The notes: generated by a model from the sequence alone, not told the origin. Positions 36,031-49,570 are shown, counted from the whole stretch's first letter. The stretch is 63,870 nt of DNA, filler included, from Octopus bimaculoides (GCF_001194135.2; 7 parts of 7 records of this genome joined end to end with filler, not necessarily neighbours in it), one strand, 5' to 3'. Program-made: numbers and translations.

Positions 36031-36419
36031 ATCGGTAAAATTTCCAGGTGGATAAAATAGTAGAAAACAGCGTCAACAAGTGGTTTCAGTATATTTGTCA
36101 ACACGTGCTTTCTCGCAGACAAAAGTTCTCGTGTTCCAATTGTTACTATGGGAACAGGTATGAATGTGTCATTGGCTTACGATTGGTTAAACTTATTCAA
36201 AATTTTCAAACTTTAATTGCTAATAACTCTTGATTTATGGCGAAAATGATTTTCGTGACATTGATTAGCCTATAAAAGTGTATCATTACATTGAATGTGA
36301 AATCAATTCGAGCAGAAATTGACGCTGGCAGCCAAACAGAAAAGATCCATATATGTGTGTGTGTGTCTGTGTGTGTGTGTGTGTGTGTATGTGCGTATGT
36401 GCATATATATGTATGTATG

Positions 36420-36462
<43 letters not shown>

Positions 36463-36465
36463 ATG

Positions 36466-36496
<31 letters not shown>

Positions 36497-37513
36497 GTAC
36501 GTATGTATGTATGTATGTATCTATGTATGTACGTGAATGTGTATATGTTTCTAAATTCTTTTCTTCTTTAATTATTTGTCTTCTTTTTCTTCTTTCATTG
36601 CTTCATTTATTAGTTTTCCTTTTTTATTTTACCTAGATTTCTTTTCTTTTTTCGTTCGCCTTTTTTCGCATGCTTAAACTCCATAGACTTAAATCCACCG
36701 TCATTAGATTTGAACAAGGAATGTAAATAAATACCGCAAAAACATTTTATCTCGTACTTCAATACAAACCATTTCTACCAATCCCCTTCCTTCTAACATC
36801 AACAATGATTATGATGACGAAAATGAGTGGGGGGAGGGCAGGCGATGGTGATGGTATTGATGGTTTTGGTGGCGGTGGTGGTGGTGGTGAGGATGATAAT
36901 GTTGATGATGACGCTAATGATGATGTACTGAAATACATACTACTTCTCCACGACTATTCAAAGCCGAAGTCGTTCTTGTGATGTCCAAGTAAAACACCTT
37001 CAGTTTCAGCCGTCAACTGTCAGAAAGTAGAAAAATAGAAAAAACCGTATAACAATCTCGACTCTTCCCACCCAGATCCTACCCCACCCCCCAACCATAG
37101 TATGTCTACCCCGACCTTCATTCACCTGTTTTGTCCTTTCCTAGTTTTCTTTTAATTTTATTTCCATCTTCCTTAGTTCTTTTTTTTTTTTTTGTATCTC
37201 TTCATTTTTGATTCACTTGAAGTGTGTCTGACTATACGCTTTTGTGTATGTGCATACATACAAACATGTATGTGTATGCACACACACACATACACACACA
37301 CACACACGGACATATATATATATATACATACGTAAACACACACGTACACACAAGAGTATATGTGTGCATGTGTGTGTCTGTATATGTGTGTATGTGTGTG
37401 CGTGTGTGTGTTTCTGAAATCTTTGTTTTTCTTCTTTTTCATTCTTTCTTTCTTTGCTTCATTTATCTTCCTTTGTCAAGCCGCTTAGTGACGCCAATTT
37501 TTATATAGACACG

Positions 37514-37582
<69 letters not shown>

Positions 37583-38959
37583 ACGTGTAATTAAGTTTGC
37601 TTCGCACAAATGCGCACACATGCATAACACAGCCATACATGCACACGTGTGCGTTCATAGACACATTGTATGAACTGAGAGGTATGTATGTGTAAGTGAT
37701 ATAGATACTTAAAGAGTAATAACAATGTGTGTCTGTGTTTGTGTGTCTGTGTGTGTACGTTGCTCGCGCGTGCGCGAGTATGTGTGAGTGGTGAAGCAAA
37801 CATGTCTGGAAAAAGAGAGAGACAGAGAAAAGGAGAGAAATGTATTCAAAACTATAACGAGAAGCTTGACAACGGTCTGTCTTTTCATAGTTCTCTCCCT
37901 TTATCATCCGCCATCCCATCTTCTCTCCTTCACCCTTTTATTGTCTTTCTTTATTTTCGCTCGATCTCTTTTTTATTTTATTTTTTTTGTTGTTGTTCTA
38001 TTTGCTTGTCTTTCCACCATAATGACACTTAAAAGTTATTGGTGCGCCATTACAACGATATTACACCTTTTAAAAGCACTCCATTGTCATCTATTGCTGT
38101 ACATGACAAGCAATCCTCCTCCCACGTACCCAGAACACACGTCTAGGACACACACATACGCACAAACCCAGACATCCGCACTTTAATACACATACACAAC
38201 ACAATCTTATTGATAGGATATAACACACGCTCAGTATATACAATAGCTAAGACATACTGTAAGAAGATGCTTCTTTCAGAACAAAACACTAACAGACGCC
38301 TAATATACACATCAACACAGACACACGCACACACACGCACACACACGCACGCACGCGCGCACGCACAAAGCGAGAGAGAGTGGAGGAACGAGGATGAGAT
38401 AAAGAGAAAACTCATTTTGTATTTATAGGGATGTAAGTATGACCGTGTAATTAAGTTTGCTTGGCAATCACGTATTTCCGGGTTCGATCCTGCTGGTAGA
38501 CCCAAACCTTGTAAGTAAATTTCAGACAACCTGACCCCTTTGGAGACCGTTAACAGACACCAAACATTGAGGTTCTTAAAGCGTTGCCATTATAGGGCGA
38601 ACTGTATCTGCATGCAAGTCGACGTTTGTTAAATTTCTGCTCCTTGGTCTTTACTGTCCTCTTCAGTTTCAGGGATCCTGCTGAAATCATAAACGCTGCT
38701 CGTTCTTTACTAACCAAGCGTCTTCCTAACAAATATAACTCAATGTAATTAAGAAAATAAATACATATAAATTAACCTTTACGCGCGCGCGCGCATACAC
38801 ACGGATATACATATTTATCCGTATATATAAAATCCTACGTATATATATATATATATGTATGTATATANNNNNNNNNNNNNNNNNNNNNNNNNNNNNNNNN
38901 NNNNNNNNNNNNNNNNNNNNNNNNNNNNNNNNNNNNNNNNNNNNNNNNNNNNNNNNNNN

Positions 38960-39360
38960 TATATATATACGCATATATCTCTGTGGTAAGAAGCTTGCTT
39001 CCAAGTTATATGGTTCCGAGTTCAGTCCCACTGCGTCTACTACTATAGCCTCGGGCTGACCAAAGCCTTGTGATCACATTTGGTAGACGGAAACTGAAAG
39101 AAGTCCGTCGTATATATGTGTGTGTATGTCTGTATGTCTGTTTGTATACCTACCATCGCTTGACGACCGATGTTGGTGTGTTTATGTCATCGTAACTTAG
39201 TGGTTCGGCAAAAGAGACTTACCTTCACCCTGAGACCGTTGGAATAAGTACTAGGATTAGAAAGAATAAGTCCTGGGCTGGATTTTTTCGACTAAAAGCC
39301 CTATAAAGCAATGCTCCAGCATGGCCGCAGTCAAATGACTGAAACAAGTAAAAGAATAGA
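38960..39360 (+). mobile_element. Family-A SINE with internal deletion
   Basis: Head ctgtggtaagaagcttgcttcc..gagttcagtcccactgcg, body, and tail ccagcatggccgcagtcaaatgactgaaacaagtaaaag. Confidence 0.8.
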
Positions 39361-39410
<50 letters not shown>

Positions 39411-39547
39411 TGTGTGTGTGTGTGTGTGTTCAGAGACAGAGACTGACAGACAAACAGACAGACAGACAGACAAGCAGACAGATAGGCAGACAGACAGACA
39501 GACAGACAGGCAGACAGATAGGCAGACAGACAGACAGACAGACAGAC

Positions 39548-39593
<46 letters not shown>

Positions 39594-39670
39594 CACAAAA
39601 AAAATCACACAGGAAGGACAAGTTCTAATCAACGTCTTATTAGTTTAATGTTTAGAAAGCGGGGAAAATA

Positions 39671-39707
39671 GCTTTGTCGCTTCGGACACTAGCCCGTCAT
39701 CAGAAAA
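39671..39707 (-). ncRNA. Degenerate hammerhead motif in a PLE-like 3' end
   Basis: Minus strand TTT-CTGATGA-C-GGGC(tagt)GTCC-GAAG-CGAC-AAAG. Intact 5' core and stem II; two substitutions relative to GAAACGTC. Confidence 0.5.
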
Positions 39708-39873
39708 AAATAAAAGAATTGGGGTATGTGGTGGGGAAAATAAAAAACGAATAAGTAAAGGTGGTTGAAATGTGTGTATATACATACATAAATACATATA
39801 TATACATACATACATATATACATACATACATACATACATACATACATACATACATGCGTGCGTGTACGTGTGC

Positions 39874-39908
<35 letters not shown>

Positions 39909-40350
39909 TGTGTAAAATGAAATCTTTAAATGACGTGTCGCTAATCTGGTGGATTTGGGAAGCAAATCACAAAACCTGTATTCAAACGAAATTAAAAAGG
40001 CTAAGTTTCGCCGCTTTTATTTTTATATCCAGGTATCGAATCTTGGATTCCATTGAGAGTTGTTAGTTATACATTCAACAGATCTCTGAATCGAATGCAT
40101 ACATTGTGTTTTATTAATAACCAGTTCCGTTTTTAGATTGAAAGAAATAATGCAGTTGCTTAGAAATTCTTCCAGTCTTAATTAAGGAGGCCTATTATAG
40201 AGGTTATCAAATTATATGATATTTATATTGTGCCCTTCATGTTTTTTTTTTTATGATTGCAGAGTATGGTTTATTGCAGATTTGACTGGTATTTCTAGTA
40301 GGTCGAACAACGACGCAGAAGATTCCTTGTTGCCCATCATCCTATTATAC

Positions 40351-40381
<31 letters not shown>

Positions 40382-40455
40382 CTTCTTCTTCTTCTTCTTC
40401 TTCTTCTTCTTCTTCTTCTTCTTCTTCTTCTTCTTCTTCTTCTTCTTCTTCTTCT

Positions 40456-40534
<79 letters not shown>

Positions 40535-41486
40535 ATCATTGTCGTCGTCGTCGTCGTCATTGTTTGCCCTCAGGTCAGCCCAGTTATATGACAGAAATGA
40601 TGCTTTGATAGAAGTATAAGATCTTATTTTCTTTTTTGTTTCTTTGTGAGAAATATTCCTCTTAAAATAGTTTTGCTATAACAGAAATTATTATCATCAT
40701 CATTATCGACATGATTATTATTATTGTTGTTGTTGTTATTATCATTATTAGTGCTATTGTTGTTCTTCTTTACCTTTTGTCATTTTTCTGTCCAGACTTC
40801 TCTTATTCATCGGTTAGAAAAACAACCACACAAAATACACAGGAGAAAAAAAAACAGAAACTAAGAATTACAATACAATACTGTACTATAACAATAACAA
40901 TATAACAACAGGTTAATTAATAGTCTTCTTGTTATTGTTGTTGTCGTCGTTTTTAATTTGTAGTAGTGTCATAGTTACCGGTTAGTTTATAAGATGAATA
41001 GAAATAGTTAAAAGCATATGACAAACATGGCGTCTGATGTGTGACCACTTTTGACGACGAGGACAAATGAAATTAACAACGACGAAAATGATGATGATGA
41101 TGATCATCATCATCATCATCATCATGACTACGACGACGACGACAATAATGATGATGACGATGATGGTGATAATCATCATCAATGTGATCATCATCATAGT
41201 TATGATTTTCATCATAAAGTCATCATCATCATTAATATCTTAATCATAAACAATATCATTGTCAAAATGGCCACCGTCATTATCATCAATGTCCCCAGCT
41301 GTGAACTATAACCTGTCCAGGTGGACTCGGCCATTATTTGTTCCTAAGTAAAAAGTATCGTTATCACCATCATCACCATCATCACCATCATCACCATCAT
41401 CATTAGCGACAACATCATCATCATCATTGATAACCGTTAACCTTCATCCACTGAGGTGGACAGGGTACATACACTATTGTAAATAG

Positions 41487-41790
41487 TTGAATGGTGTCAG
41501 AATTTAATTTTAATTTTCTATGTTAATGTCTCGGGGTCGGAAGGTTTATTAGTTTAGTTTCGCATGGCTTCACTTGAACGTGTTATACGAGGCCAGAAGT
41601 AACCACCTTTACATTCAGTAGCCATATCCATGGGAAAGATGCGAACAAAACACTTAATCTTACAATCCAGCAGCTGTTGTACTGCGACAAACTATATCAC
41701 ATTGTACCCCTGACAAATAAAATGGACATTAGCTTTTCAGAAGTAAATGTCCCAGCCTTTGACGTAGCGAAACACTAGTGACCAGAAACT
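41487..41790 (+). pseudogene. Possible decayed FN3 exon
   Basis: Phase-1 acceptor aaatag|TT, then QNLILIFYVNVSGSEGLLV*FRMASLERVIRGQK*; after a frameshift LNLTIQQLLYCDKLYHIV..SFSEVNV. The order loosely parallels SNL..YV..SLIISF..LIGYE and L.PGT.Y.I..FSQI of the intact FN3 exon. Confidence 0.3.
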
Positions 41791-41924
41791 AAGCATTGGC
41801 TGCTCCATTGCTTTATCTGTTACCAAATCTATTCGGTTAACCGATTCATACCTAGCTTTAGGTGAACGTGATCAAGAGACATTTTCCATCATCACAATGG
41901 AGGAGAAATTTCTAGCAAGTTATC

Positions 41925-42160
41925 TTTTTATTTGTTTTAGTCATTGGGCTGCGGCCACGTTGGAGCACCGCCTTGGTAAGGTTTAGTTAGAAAAAAAATG
42001 ACCACAGTAATTTCTTCCTTTTTTTTAAAGTATGGTACTTATTCTGTCGGTCTATTTTTGCCGAACCGCTAACTTACGGGGACGTAAACTAGTCAACACC
42101 AGTTATGAAGCGGAGCTAGGGGACATACACAAACAGATACGCATACACGCACACGCACAA

Positions 42161-42180
<20 letters not shown>
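41925..42180 (-). mobile_element. Family-A SINE 3' half
   Basis: ctgcggccacgttggagcaccgcc..gtacttattctgtcggtct..gccgaaccgctaacttacggggacgtaaac. Confidence 0.75.
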
Positions 42181-42204
<24 letters not shown>

Positions 42205-42979
42205 NNNNNNNNNNNNNNNNNNNNNNNNNNNNNNNNNNNNNNNNNNNNNNNNNNNNNNNNNNNNNNNNNNNNNNNNNNNNNNNNNNNNNNNNNNNNNNNN
42301 NNNNNNNNNNNNNNNNNNNNNNNNNNNNNNNNNNNNNNNNNNNNNNNNNNNNNNNNNNNNNNNNNNNNNNNNNNNNNNNNNNNNNNNNNNGGTCGATTAA
42401 ATAAGTACCGCTTACGCACTGGGGTCGGTGTAGTTGACTTTAATCCTTTGTCGGTCCTTGTTTGCCCCCTATACGTTTAGCCCCCTGTGGGTAATAAAGA
42501 AATATATATATATATATGTATATTAATTGGCAAAATTACCATCCCCAAATATAACAATGTGTGTGTGCGTGCGTGTGTGTGTGTGTACACACACATATGA
42601 CGGGCTTCTCCAGTTTCCGTCTACGAAATTCACTTCTGGTAAGGGACTCTGCTCGGCCCGCGTCGATAGTAGAAGACACTTGCCAAGAAACCATGCAGTG
42701 GGACTGAACCCTTTACCATGTGATTGGGAAGCAAATTTCTTACCACACAGTCACGCCTGGACCTTTTCACCGCTTTAAGTTGTTGGTACTAGTGTCGAAT
42801 AAGTGAACGTCACACCTTCTCATTTCCTCATAATGTCTGAAGTTTCGTGCGTCACGATAGCATATACATTTCTAAACCCCTTTCAGTGAACGCCATAGAA
42901 TAGCAGCAATCTCGATTAGTCGAATCTGTAATCCCTTTTCAAGTCTGTAGATTTGCTTCACTTTAATATATGCTTCAGT

Positions 42980-43293
42980 GGAGGCGCAATGGCCCAGTGG
43001 TTAGGGCAGCGGACTCGCGATCATAGGATCGCGGTTTCGATTCCCAGACCGGGCGTTGTGAGTGTTCATTGAGCGAAAACACCTAAAGCTCCACGAGGCT
43101 CCGGCAGGGGATGGTGGCGAACCCTGCTGTACCCTTTCACCACAACTTTCTCTCACTCTTATTTCCTGTTTCTGTTGTGCCTGTAATTTAAAGGGTCAGC
43201 CTTGTCACACTGTGTGTCACGCTGAATATCCCCGAGAACTACGTTAAGGGTTCACGTGTCTGTGGAGTGCTCAGTCACTTGCACGTTAATTCC
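42980..43293 (+). mobile_element. Family-C SINE, cut by a gap
   Basis: ggaggcgcaatggcccagtggttagggcagcggactcgcg..; near-identical to 29596-29900. Confidence 0.85.
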
Positions 43294-44005
43294 NNNNNNN
43301 NNNNNNNNNNNNNNNNNNNNNNNNNNNNNNNNNNNNNNNNNNNNNNNNNNNNNNNNNNNNNNNNNNNNNNNNNNNNNNNNNNNNNNNNNNNNNNNNNNNN
43401 NNNNNNNNNNNNNNNNNNNNNNNNNNNNNNNNNNNNNNNNNNNNNNNNNNNNNNNNNNNNNNNNNNNNNNNNNNNNNNNNNNNNNNNNNNNNNNNNNNNN
43501 NNNNNNNNNNNNNNNNNNNNNNNNNNNNNNNNNNNNNNNNNNNNNNNNNNNNNNNNNNNNNNNNNNNNNNNNNNNNNNNNNNNNNNNNNNNNNNNNNNNN
43601 NNNNNNNNNNNNNNNNNNNNNNNNNNNNNNNNNNNNNNNNNNNNNNNNNNNNNNNNNNNNNNNNNNNNNNNNNNNNNNNNNNNNNNNNNNNNNNNNNNNN
43701 NNNNNNNNNNNNNNNNNNNNNNNNNNNNNNNNNNNNNNNNNNNNNNNNNNNNNNNNNNNNNNNNNNNNNNNNNNNNNNNNNNNNNNNNNNNNNNNNNNNN
43801 NNNNNNNNNNNNNNNNNNNNNNNNNNNNNNNNNNNNNNNNNNNNNNNNNNNNNNNNNNNNNNNNNNNNNNNNNNNNNNNNNNNNNNNNNNNNNNNNNNNN
43901 NNNNNNNNNNNNNNNNNNNNNNNNNNNNNNNNNNNNNNNNNNNNNNNNNNNNNNNNNNNNNNNNNNNNNNNNNNNNNNNNNNNNNNNNNNNNNNNNNNNN
44001 NNNNN

Positions 44006-44081
44006 TGGGTGGGGGTAGGTCGATTGGGTGGGGGCAGGTCGATTGGGTGGGGGTAGGTCGATTGGGTGGGGGCAGGTCGAT
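44006..44081. repeat. G-rich 19-bp tandem repeat x4 (alternating T/C variant) at the tail of a minus-strand family-B SINE (44006-44240)
   Basis: TGGGTGGGGG(T/C)AGGTCGAT at 44006, 44025, 44044 and 44063; abuts a ~710-N gap. Confidence 0.9.
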
Positions 44082-45109
44082 TACATCAGCACCAGCACTT
44101 GACTAGTACTTTACTTTATCGATCCAAAAGCATGAATAGCAAAATTGACCTCAGCGGTATTTGAGCTTAAAACGTAGAGGCGGAAAAATGCCGCTAAACG
44201 TTTTGTCCGACGTATAGTGATTTTTCCAGTTCGCTACTGTTAATAAAAAAAAATTACAACACTAGCAACACTTAAGTTTAGATTATTTTACATTTTTTCT
44301 ATTTTTTTTCCCTCCTGGACATTGTAATTTTAAATTTTCATAGATCTGTTATCATTCCTGTCAGATCTAAAAGACTCTCACTGATCTTAAGGACATTCAC
44401 ATTGTAAAATATGTGTTAATAGCCTCTCCGTCTACCCAATCTATCAACCAACCTTTTCTAACATTCTATCCAAATATCCTTTCCCTTTTTTATATCTTTT
44501 CTCTTCTCTCTTTCTGATAGCAACAAACATACCATGATAAATACACAGCGGTCTCTTCTTTCTTGCTGCTTTCAAATGGTAGGTTGAATAAGTTACCTCC
44601 TTTATCCTCGCCTCCTAGTCCTTGGGTGCTTTTTGTAGAGGTTTGCAGTGCTGTAAGCATTCACAGTAGATACACCGTTTGAGAACAACAGACTTCTTAA
44701 CATGTTACTTCTAAATACAACTTTCCATGAATTGTCAAGAGAAACTAATAGAAAAGCTTGAAATAGCCTCCTAATTTTACTGAGGCGCAACACATTGAAT
44801 AATATTGTTTTAGCAACTGGTACAGAATCTCATATCTTCTACCCAATTCATGATTGATGCGTCTCTACAAAAAGTATATGTTTTTCGAGAAGCTCTAACG
44901 AAACCATGGACTTCCAACTGGTACACTACAAAGATTGATGATGTTAGTGGTTGGCGGCAACCCATAAGCATTAGTTTCTTCTTTTCCTTATCCACTAAGC
45001 ATTCACTTTATTTTCCGACCACGGAAATTTTTGTGAAGAAATATTAAAATATAATCTAATGAAAAATTACCTCCTATCCTTACTAAATTTGGTGAACTTC
45101 GATCGAAAT

Positions 45110-45640
45110 CTTCTCTTTACATACCACCTACTAATTTCTCGCAAACCACGTGTTTATTCTTTTCTGTGCATCGCCACACCAGAGGATTGCCGACACCAGA
45201 CTGTCTGACATAACCAAAGCAACTCACCGCACATCAATCCCTACAACTAAACCGTCTTCAATTTACCAACCATTTCTTCAACTTCTTTTCCCTTTCTCTA
45301 GTCTCTCCCAATTAATTTTTATAATGGATTTCAAGTCTCTCTACATCGGCATCTGCAAAGGATGATGGACTCTAAACCTTCAAATCTTTCTTGGACCGCA
45401 TCGTAGGACTTGTTCTGCCTCATCGAAATGACCCTCAACCTCATTTACTTTTCATATTTTTACTTTTTTATAAATTTTTGTAGTCTTACCAGTATATTAC
45501 TGGGGTAGTCATGGACACCAGGTTAGGCTCTAACTATGCCAACCTGTTTATAGGTTACTTAGAAATCTAGATCTTAGCCTATTTTATTGGCTCCCTCGTA
45601 GTGGTTGGAATTATATTGACAACTTTTGTTCTCCACATCC
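45110..45640 (+). mobile_element. Penelope-like reverse transcriptase remnant
   Basis: IMDFKSLYIGI (cf. MDVKSLYTNI) and YQYITGVVMDTRLGSNYANLFIGYLE (cf. Y.Q..GVAMG..GP.YANLFMG), with stops and frameshifts. Confidence 0.75.
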
Positions 45641-46219
45641 TTCTCTTCTATGTAGCTTGACAAAGGACTATTTGCTCGAAATGTAGATATTTATTTCTTT
45701 CCATCACAAGGTTATACATTGACTTTGTACAGTAGTTCCTAATTTGTATTTTCTGTTCCTTGCTTCGGTTTTTAAATTGCTTACAATAAGATGAAAAAGT
45801 TGAAGCTGACATCGCAACAACGTCGTTTCGAGTTCGTCAACAATGTGCCACAACTTAGGTAAGTTTCTGCTACCATAGACAGGAGTTGTAAGTGGAATTT
45901 GGTGGATGGAAACTGTGTGAAAGTACATAGGATGTTTTAGTCTGCTCTTAACCGGCAGATTTAATCTATCACACAGTTTAACATAACCACAGGTGTATTT
46001 AACTGATTTCCTTCTGTTGCAAGCAATCAAACAAGGTCCTCAGCCTGAGAATAACTTCCTCATTCACTCCCACAAGTGTTTGTGGACCTGAAAAGGATCA
46101 TAGGCACAGATTCTTCTTTTCTCATTTCTTCCTCAAACTATGTATCAAAAATTGATACAGGAGAGGCCTGGCACTCTATAGGACGGAGGTAAAGGCGCTT
46201 AAGAACAAGAATGAGCTCA

Positions 46220-46729
46220 TGGTTAGAGAAAAAGGGTGGATGGTAGAGGTATGCAAAACCTTCTTCTACACCAACCTTTTTAAACCATCACAAATTTGGG
46301 AAGAAACGCCACATGTTCTGATCAGTGAAACTGAAAATGCCTTCAGACTAATGAATACAGACAAAGCTCCAGAGAAAGACAGCATTACAACAGAGATGTT
46401 AAAATACAGAGTAAAAGAGCCGTGGACAATCTTCATTCTGTTCGATCGCTGACTGAAGGAGAGTAAAATCCCCTCACTGTGGAAAGAGTTAAGTATCATC
46501 TTGCTTCATAAGAAGAATGACTTAGAAGATTTTTAAAAAACTATCATCTCATATGCCTCTTGTCTCACTTCCATAAGTTGTTTGCAAAGGTCATACTTAC
46601 ATTACTATCGTAACACCAAGACGACCAATAGTCGAGAGAGAAAGCAGGTTTATCTAGGAACTACAGTACGATAGATCATTTATTCACTCTGACACAGCTC
46701 ATAGAACGAGCGAATAAATACAAGCTTCC
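46220..46729 (+). mobile_element. RTE-clade LINE reverse transcriptase N-terminal remnant
   Basis: KAPEKDSITTEMLK..IPSLWK..IILLHKK.DL..KNYHLICLLSHFHKLFAKVI..REKAGLSRNYSTIDHLFTLTQLIERANKYKLP; ends at a gap. Confidence 0.85.
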
Positions 46730-47085
46730 NNNNNNNNNNNNNNNNNNNNNNNNNNNNNNNNNNNNNNNNNNNNTTAATTAATTAANNNNNNNNNNNNNNN
46801 NNNNNNNNNNNNNNNNNNNNNNNNNNNNNAGGCCAACACCGGTCGTCAAGCGATCGTAGACACACACACAAACACACACATATATCTTTAAAATTTAGCC
46901 ACAAGAACAGTAAACTTTTGAGGAGAGGGGTTAGCCGATTTCATAGACCTTAATAGTTGGCTGGTACTTTATTGTATCGATGTCGAATGGCGAAATGGTA
47001 AAACCTGGCCGCAGCATGGCGATTTGAACTCAGACGTAAATGCACCATCGCAGTCTTCTCGAAGCCATAACTATCCTCCCAGCCC

Positions 47086-47290
47086 AAGGTGGCGAGCTGG
47101 CAGAAACGTTAGCACGCCGGGCGAAATGCTTAGCGGTATTTCGTCTGTCCATACGTTCTCAGTTCAAATTACGCTGAGGTCGACTTAGCCTTTCATCCTT
47201 TCGAGGTCGATAAATTAAGTACCAATTGCGTACTAGGGTCGATCTAATTGACTGGCCCCCACCAAAATTTCGGACCTACAGTAGAAAAAA
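47086..47290 (+). mobile_element. Full-length family-B SINE
   Basis: ggcgagctggcagaaacgttagcacgccgggcgaaatgcttagcgg..gaggtcgacttagcctttcatcctttcgaggtcgataaattaagtacc. Confidence 0.85.
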
Positions 47291-48159
47291 ACTATCCTTC
47301 CAGTCCACCACAGCACACATATATTCGTATATAAACACACACATTCGCACGCATATGCGAATCATTACTGGAAACACTATTATATACACTGTACCTTCGT
47401 ACATTGTATATATTATACATCCGTAAGGGTGTATAAAACACACACACATATATATATAAAGTGTGTATGTATGTATGTATACATCGATAAATACATATAT
47501 CAATAGAAGGACAGATAGATGTAATTGTCTACCTTTATTTGTGTGCGAGAGCTTATTTCTTTACAAGTACGTCTACACACTCACATACAGCAATGAACGC
47601 GCACGTTGATTCAAATACACACAGATACACACACACACATTGTGTACATTGATATATATACACACACACAAACATACTGAGACAGTAGTCCGTTTGTGAC
47701 ACTCCTTGTTTTACAAAAATTCCTCTCCGTTGCCACAATAGGAATTATCTCCCTTTTGTTATCGATGACAACGCCTCTATTTAAACCTTGTCACTCGTTC
47801 AAAATTACTCATTACTCAACTTATTGTTATCTCTATTGAAACTAAAGCCATTCTAGAATGAAATGGGCGCCATCTTGTTTCTGCCTTTAACATCGTCGTT
47901 AATTAACCAACAATACCTTTAAATTTGACAATTCAGAAAAGCGGACATTTTAAAGGGGGGAAATAAAAGAAAAGAAAAGAAGAAACACTCCTATAAAATT
48001 GTTAAAGGCTTTGTTGTTGTTGTTGTTGAGAAATTGTTTTTGTTATATTTGTTAGACTTGTTATTGTTCTTTTTGATTGTTGTTCAAATTCTTATTTCGT
48101 AGAAGAGTTAACGATTGAATAAAAGCGCAGTTTTATTTACCAAACTCAGTAGCAAAATA

Positions 48160-48212
<53 letters not shown>

Positions 48213-48477
48213 GAAGAAATGCAAAAGAAAACTCGAATGAAATACAGTATATATGTGATCCGTAGTGCAGTGAAAATGCAATAATAATAATAATGATAAT
48301 AATAATAATAATAATAATAATAACTCCATTGGCATTTTTGTTATGATTTGCACTTATTATTATTATTTCGCTCTCTTTTAAATTCTTCTGTGTCAGTTTA
48401 TTAGGAAAGTTCTTGTGTGATTTAATGTAATAAAACTGTCAGGTTTTGCGAAGAATATTGAAATTTTTATTCTTATG

Positions 48478-48581
48478 CACACACACACCCATACACACAC
48501 ACACCCATACACACACACACCCATACACACACACACCCATACACACACACACCCATACACACACACACCCATACACACACA
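48478..48581. repeat. 16-bp minisatellite (CCCATACACACACACA) x6
   Basis: CCCAT recurs at 48488, 48504, 48520, 48536, 48552 and 48568. Confidence 0.9.
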
Positions 48582-49505
48582 GATGAGTCAGCAGCTGGTG
48601 ATTTATTCATACGTTACTCTGAGTTTCCCACGTCGCCATTAAGTTCTCTACTCAATTTTCGTTAAGATTAGTTCTCAATGGTCAAAGCAGATGCCCCAGT
48701 TGAAATTCTTTCCGGTCTTAAGTCGAACTACAAAGCCGCCAGGGAAACATCCTAGCTTTTCGGTTTTGTATCGTTTCAATAGGGGAGTTCAAGAGCTCGA
48801 AATATTCCGGGAAATATTGTCCAGTTGTGGCAAAAGGCTAACGTTGAGAACGCTAACTGAGGCGAATTTCTTCATAATGACCAAAGTTTAGAGAGACAGA
48901 AGACAGATGATCATATATGAACGAAAGTCCACTACATTGAATTGAGGAAACCTCCAGACTACTTTATATTCAAATCCGGGCAAACAGTTGATGAAACCTG
49001 CATTGAAATTCCGTTAATCAAATCTATTCATACTGCTAATAACATCGAAAATATAATTATATTTGTGCCCAGTTTGTTTCCTGAGTATGTCTACAATATA
49101 TTTGGAGTTGTTGAGAATGTCGATCTTGTTATGCGCTACTGATAGTTTCTTGTGCTGGGAACATGGCTAATAATGGTTTATAACACGCGACATCTCTGCA
49201 CATTCATCAGTCACAAACTGCATAGTACTCAAGAGATCACAACATCGCCGTTTGAATTCCTGGACGGGGCGGTGCGTTGTGTTCTTGTGCGAAACACTTC
49301 ATTCCACGTTACTCTTTGATCACTTCGGCACTTGATGTATGGCACACCGTGCATCTGTTCAAGAAACGTAAATTTGATGGAGGGAGGGAGGGAGGGAGGG
49401 AGCTAATGTGCAGCACAAGCATTTGATCACAATAAGCAAAACATTTGCGCCGATTGTTCAGCAAGGAATTGCAGAGCCCGCTTCTTTGGACTAAGAGCGA
49501 CTACC

Positions 49506-49570
<65 letters not shown>

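Noticed and set aside
40282-40350. DLTGISSRSNNDAEDSLLPIILLY as a stalk/TM exon
   Set aside because: Runs into a microsatellite with no usable donor.
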